A DNA stretch of 64,000 nucleotides from contig CAWAIK010000001.1 in the NCBI GenBank assembly GCA_963782115.1, positions 768,001 through 832,000 on the forward strand, read 5' to 3'. The notes under the pieces are model-generated. The model saw only the letters and a program-made list of their open reading frames with translations, did no database searches and was not told where the DNA came from. The stretch is from an uncultured Verrucomicrobiae bacterium (GTDB lineage Bacteria > Verrucomicrobiota > Verrucomicrobiia > Chthoniobacterales > JAFAMB01). Shown piece by piece: positions 63,930 through 64,000 of this stretch; the first letter of the stretch is position 1; each line of letters opens with the position of its first letter. The translations under genes and the position numbers were made by a program.

Positions 63930-64000
63930 AGAGCGGGTCGGCGTGCGGGCGTCTTTCCTAGACCGCCGATAGACGTTCTGCGCAGACCTGCTGGACCAAA

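Overview
A bacterial chromosome segment of roughly 55-60% GC by eye. The gene repertoire suggests a soil Verrucomicrobiota (Chthoniobacterales-like) genome; this is inference only. It has three zones. (1) 1-22.2 kb is a decayed accessory region next to tRNA-His and a tyrosine integrase. It holds a frameshifted glgX, many oxidoreductases, a catalase-like/cytochrome b pair, IS21, serine-recombinase and Tn7-like scraps, and one apparently intact IS (19-bp terminal inverted repeats, AGC target duplication, -1 frameshift signal) inserted in the integrase's last codon. (2) 22.6-51.4 kb is intact core-like DNA: a binding protein + membrane CheA-like kinase + CheY + CheX operon, phoBR-like genes, nadC, birA, polX, purK, dusB flanked by REP-like structured repeats, iscA-hscB-hscA-like genes, hicBA, a prolyl oligopeptidase and a sugar ABC operon. 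(3) 51.4-60.9 kb is mobile debris: the 5' half of a group II intron fused to an NB-ARC/TPR pseudogene, a 395-bp inverted-repeat miniature element, an integrated plasmid remnant (MobC-like gene, oriT-like site, TraL/TraM-like pair, dinJ-yafQ, iteron-like repeats, TrfA-like C-terminus) and an IS256::IS1634 chimera. A second sugar ABC operon closes the window. All family calls come from motif recognition, not database searches.
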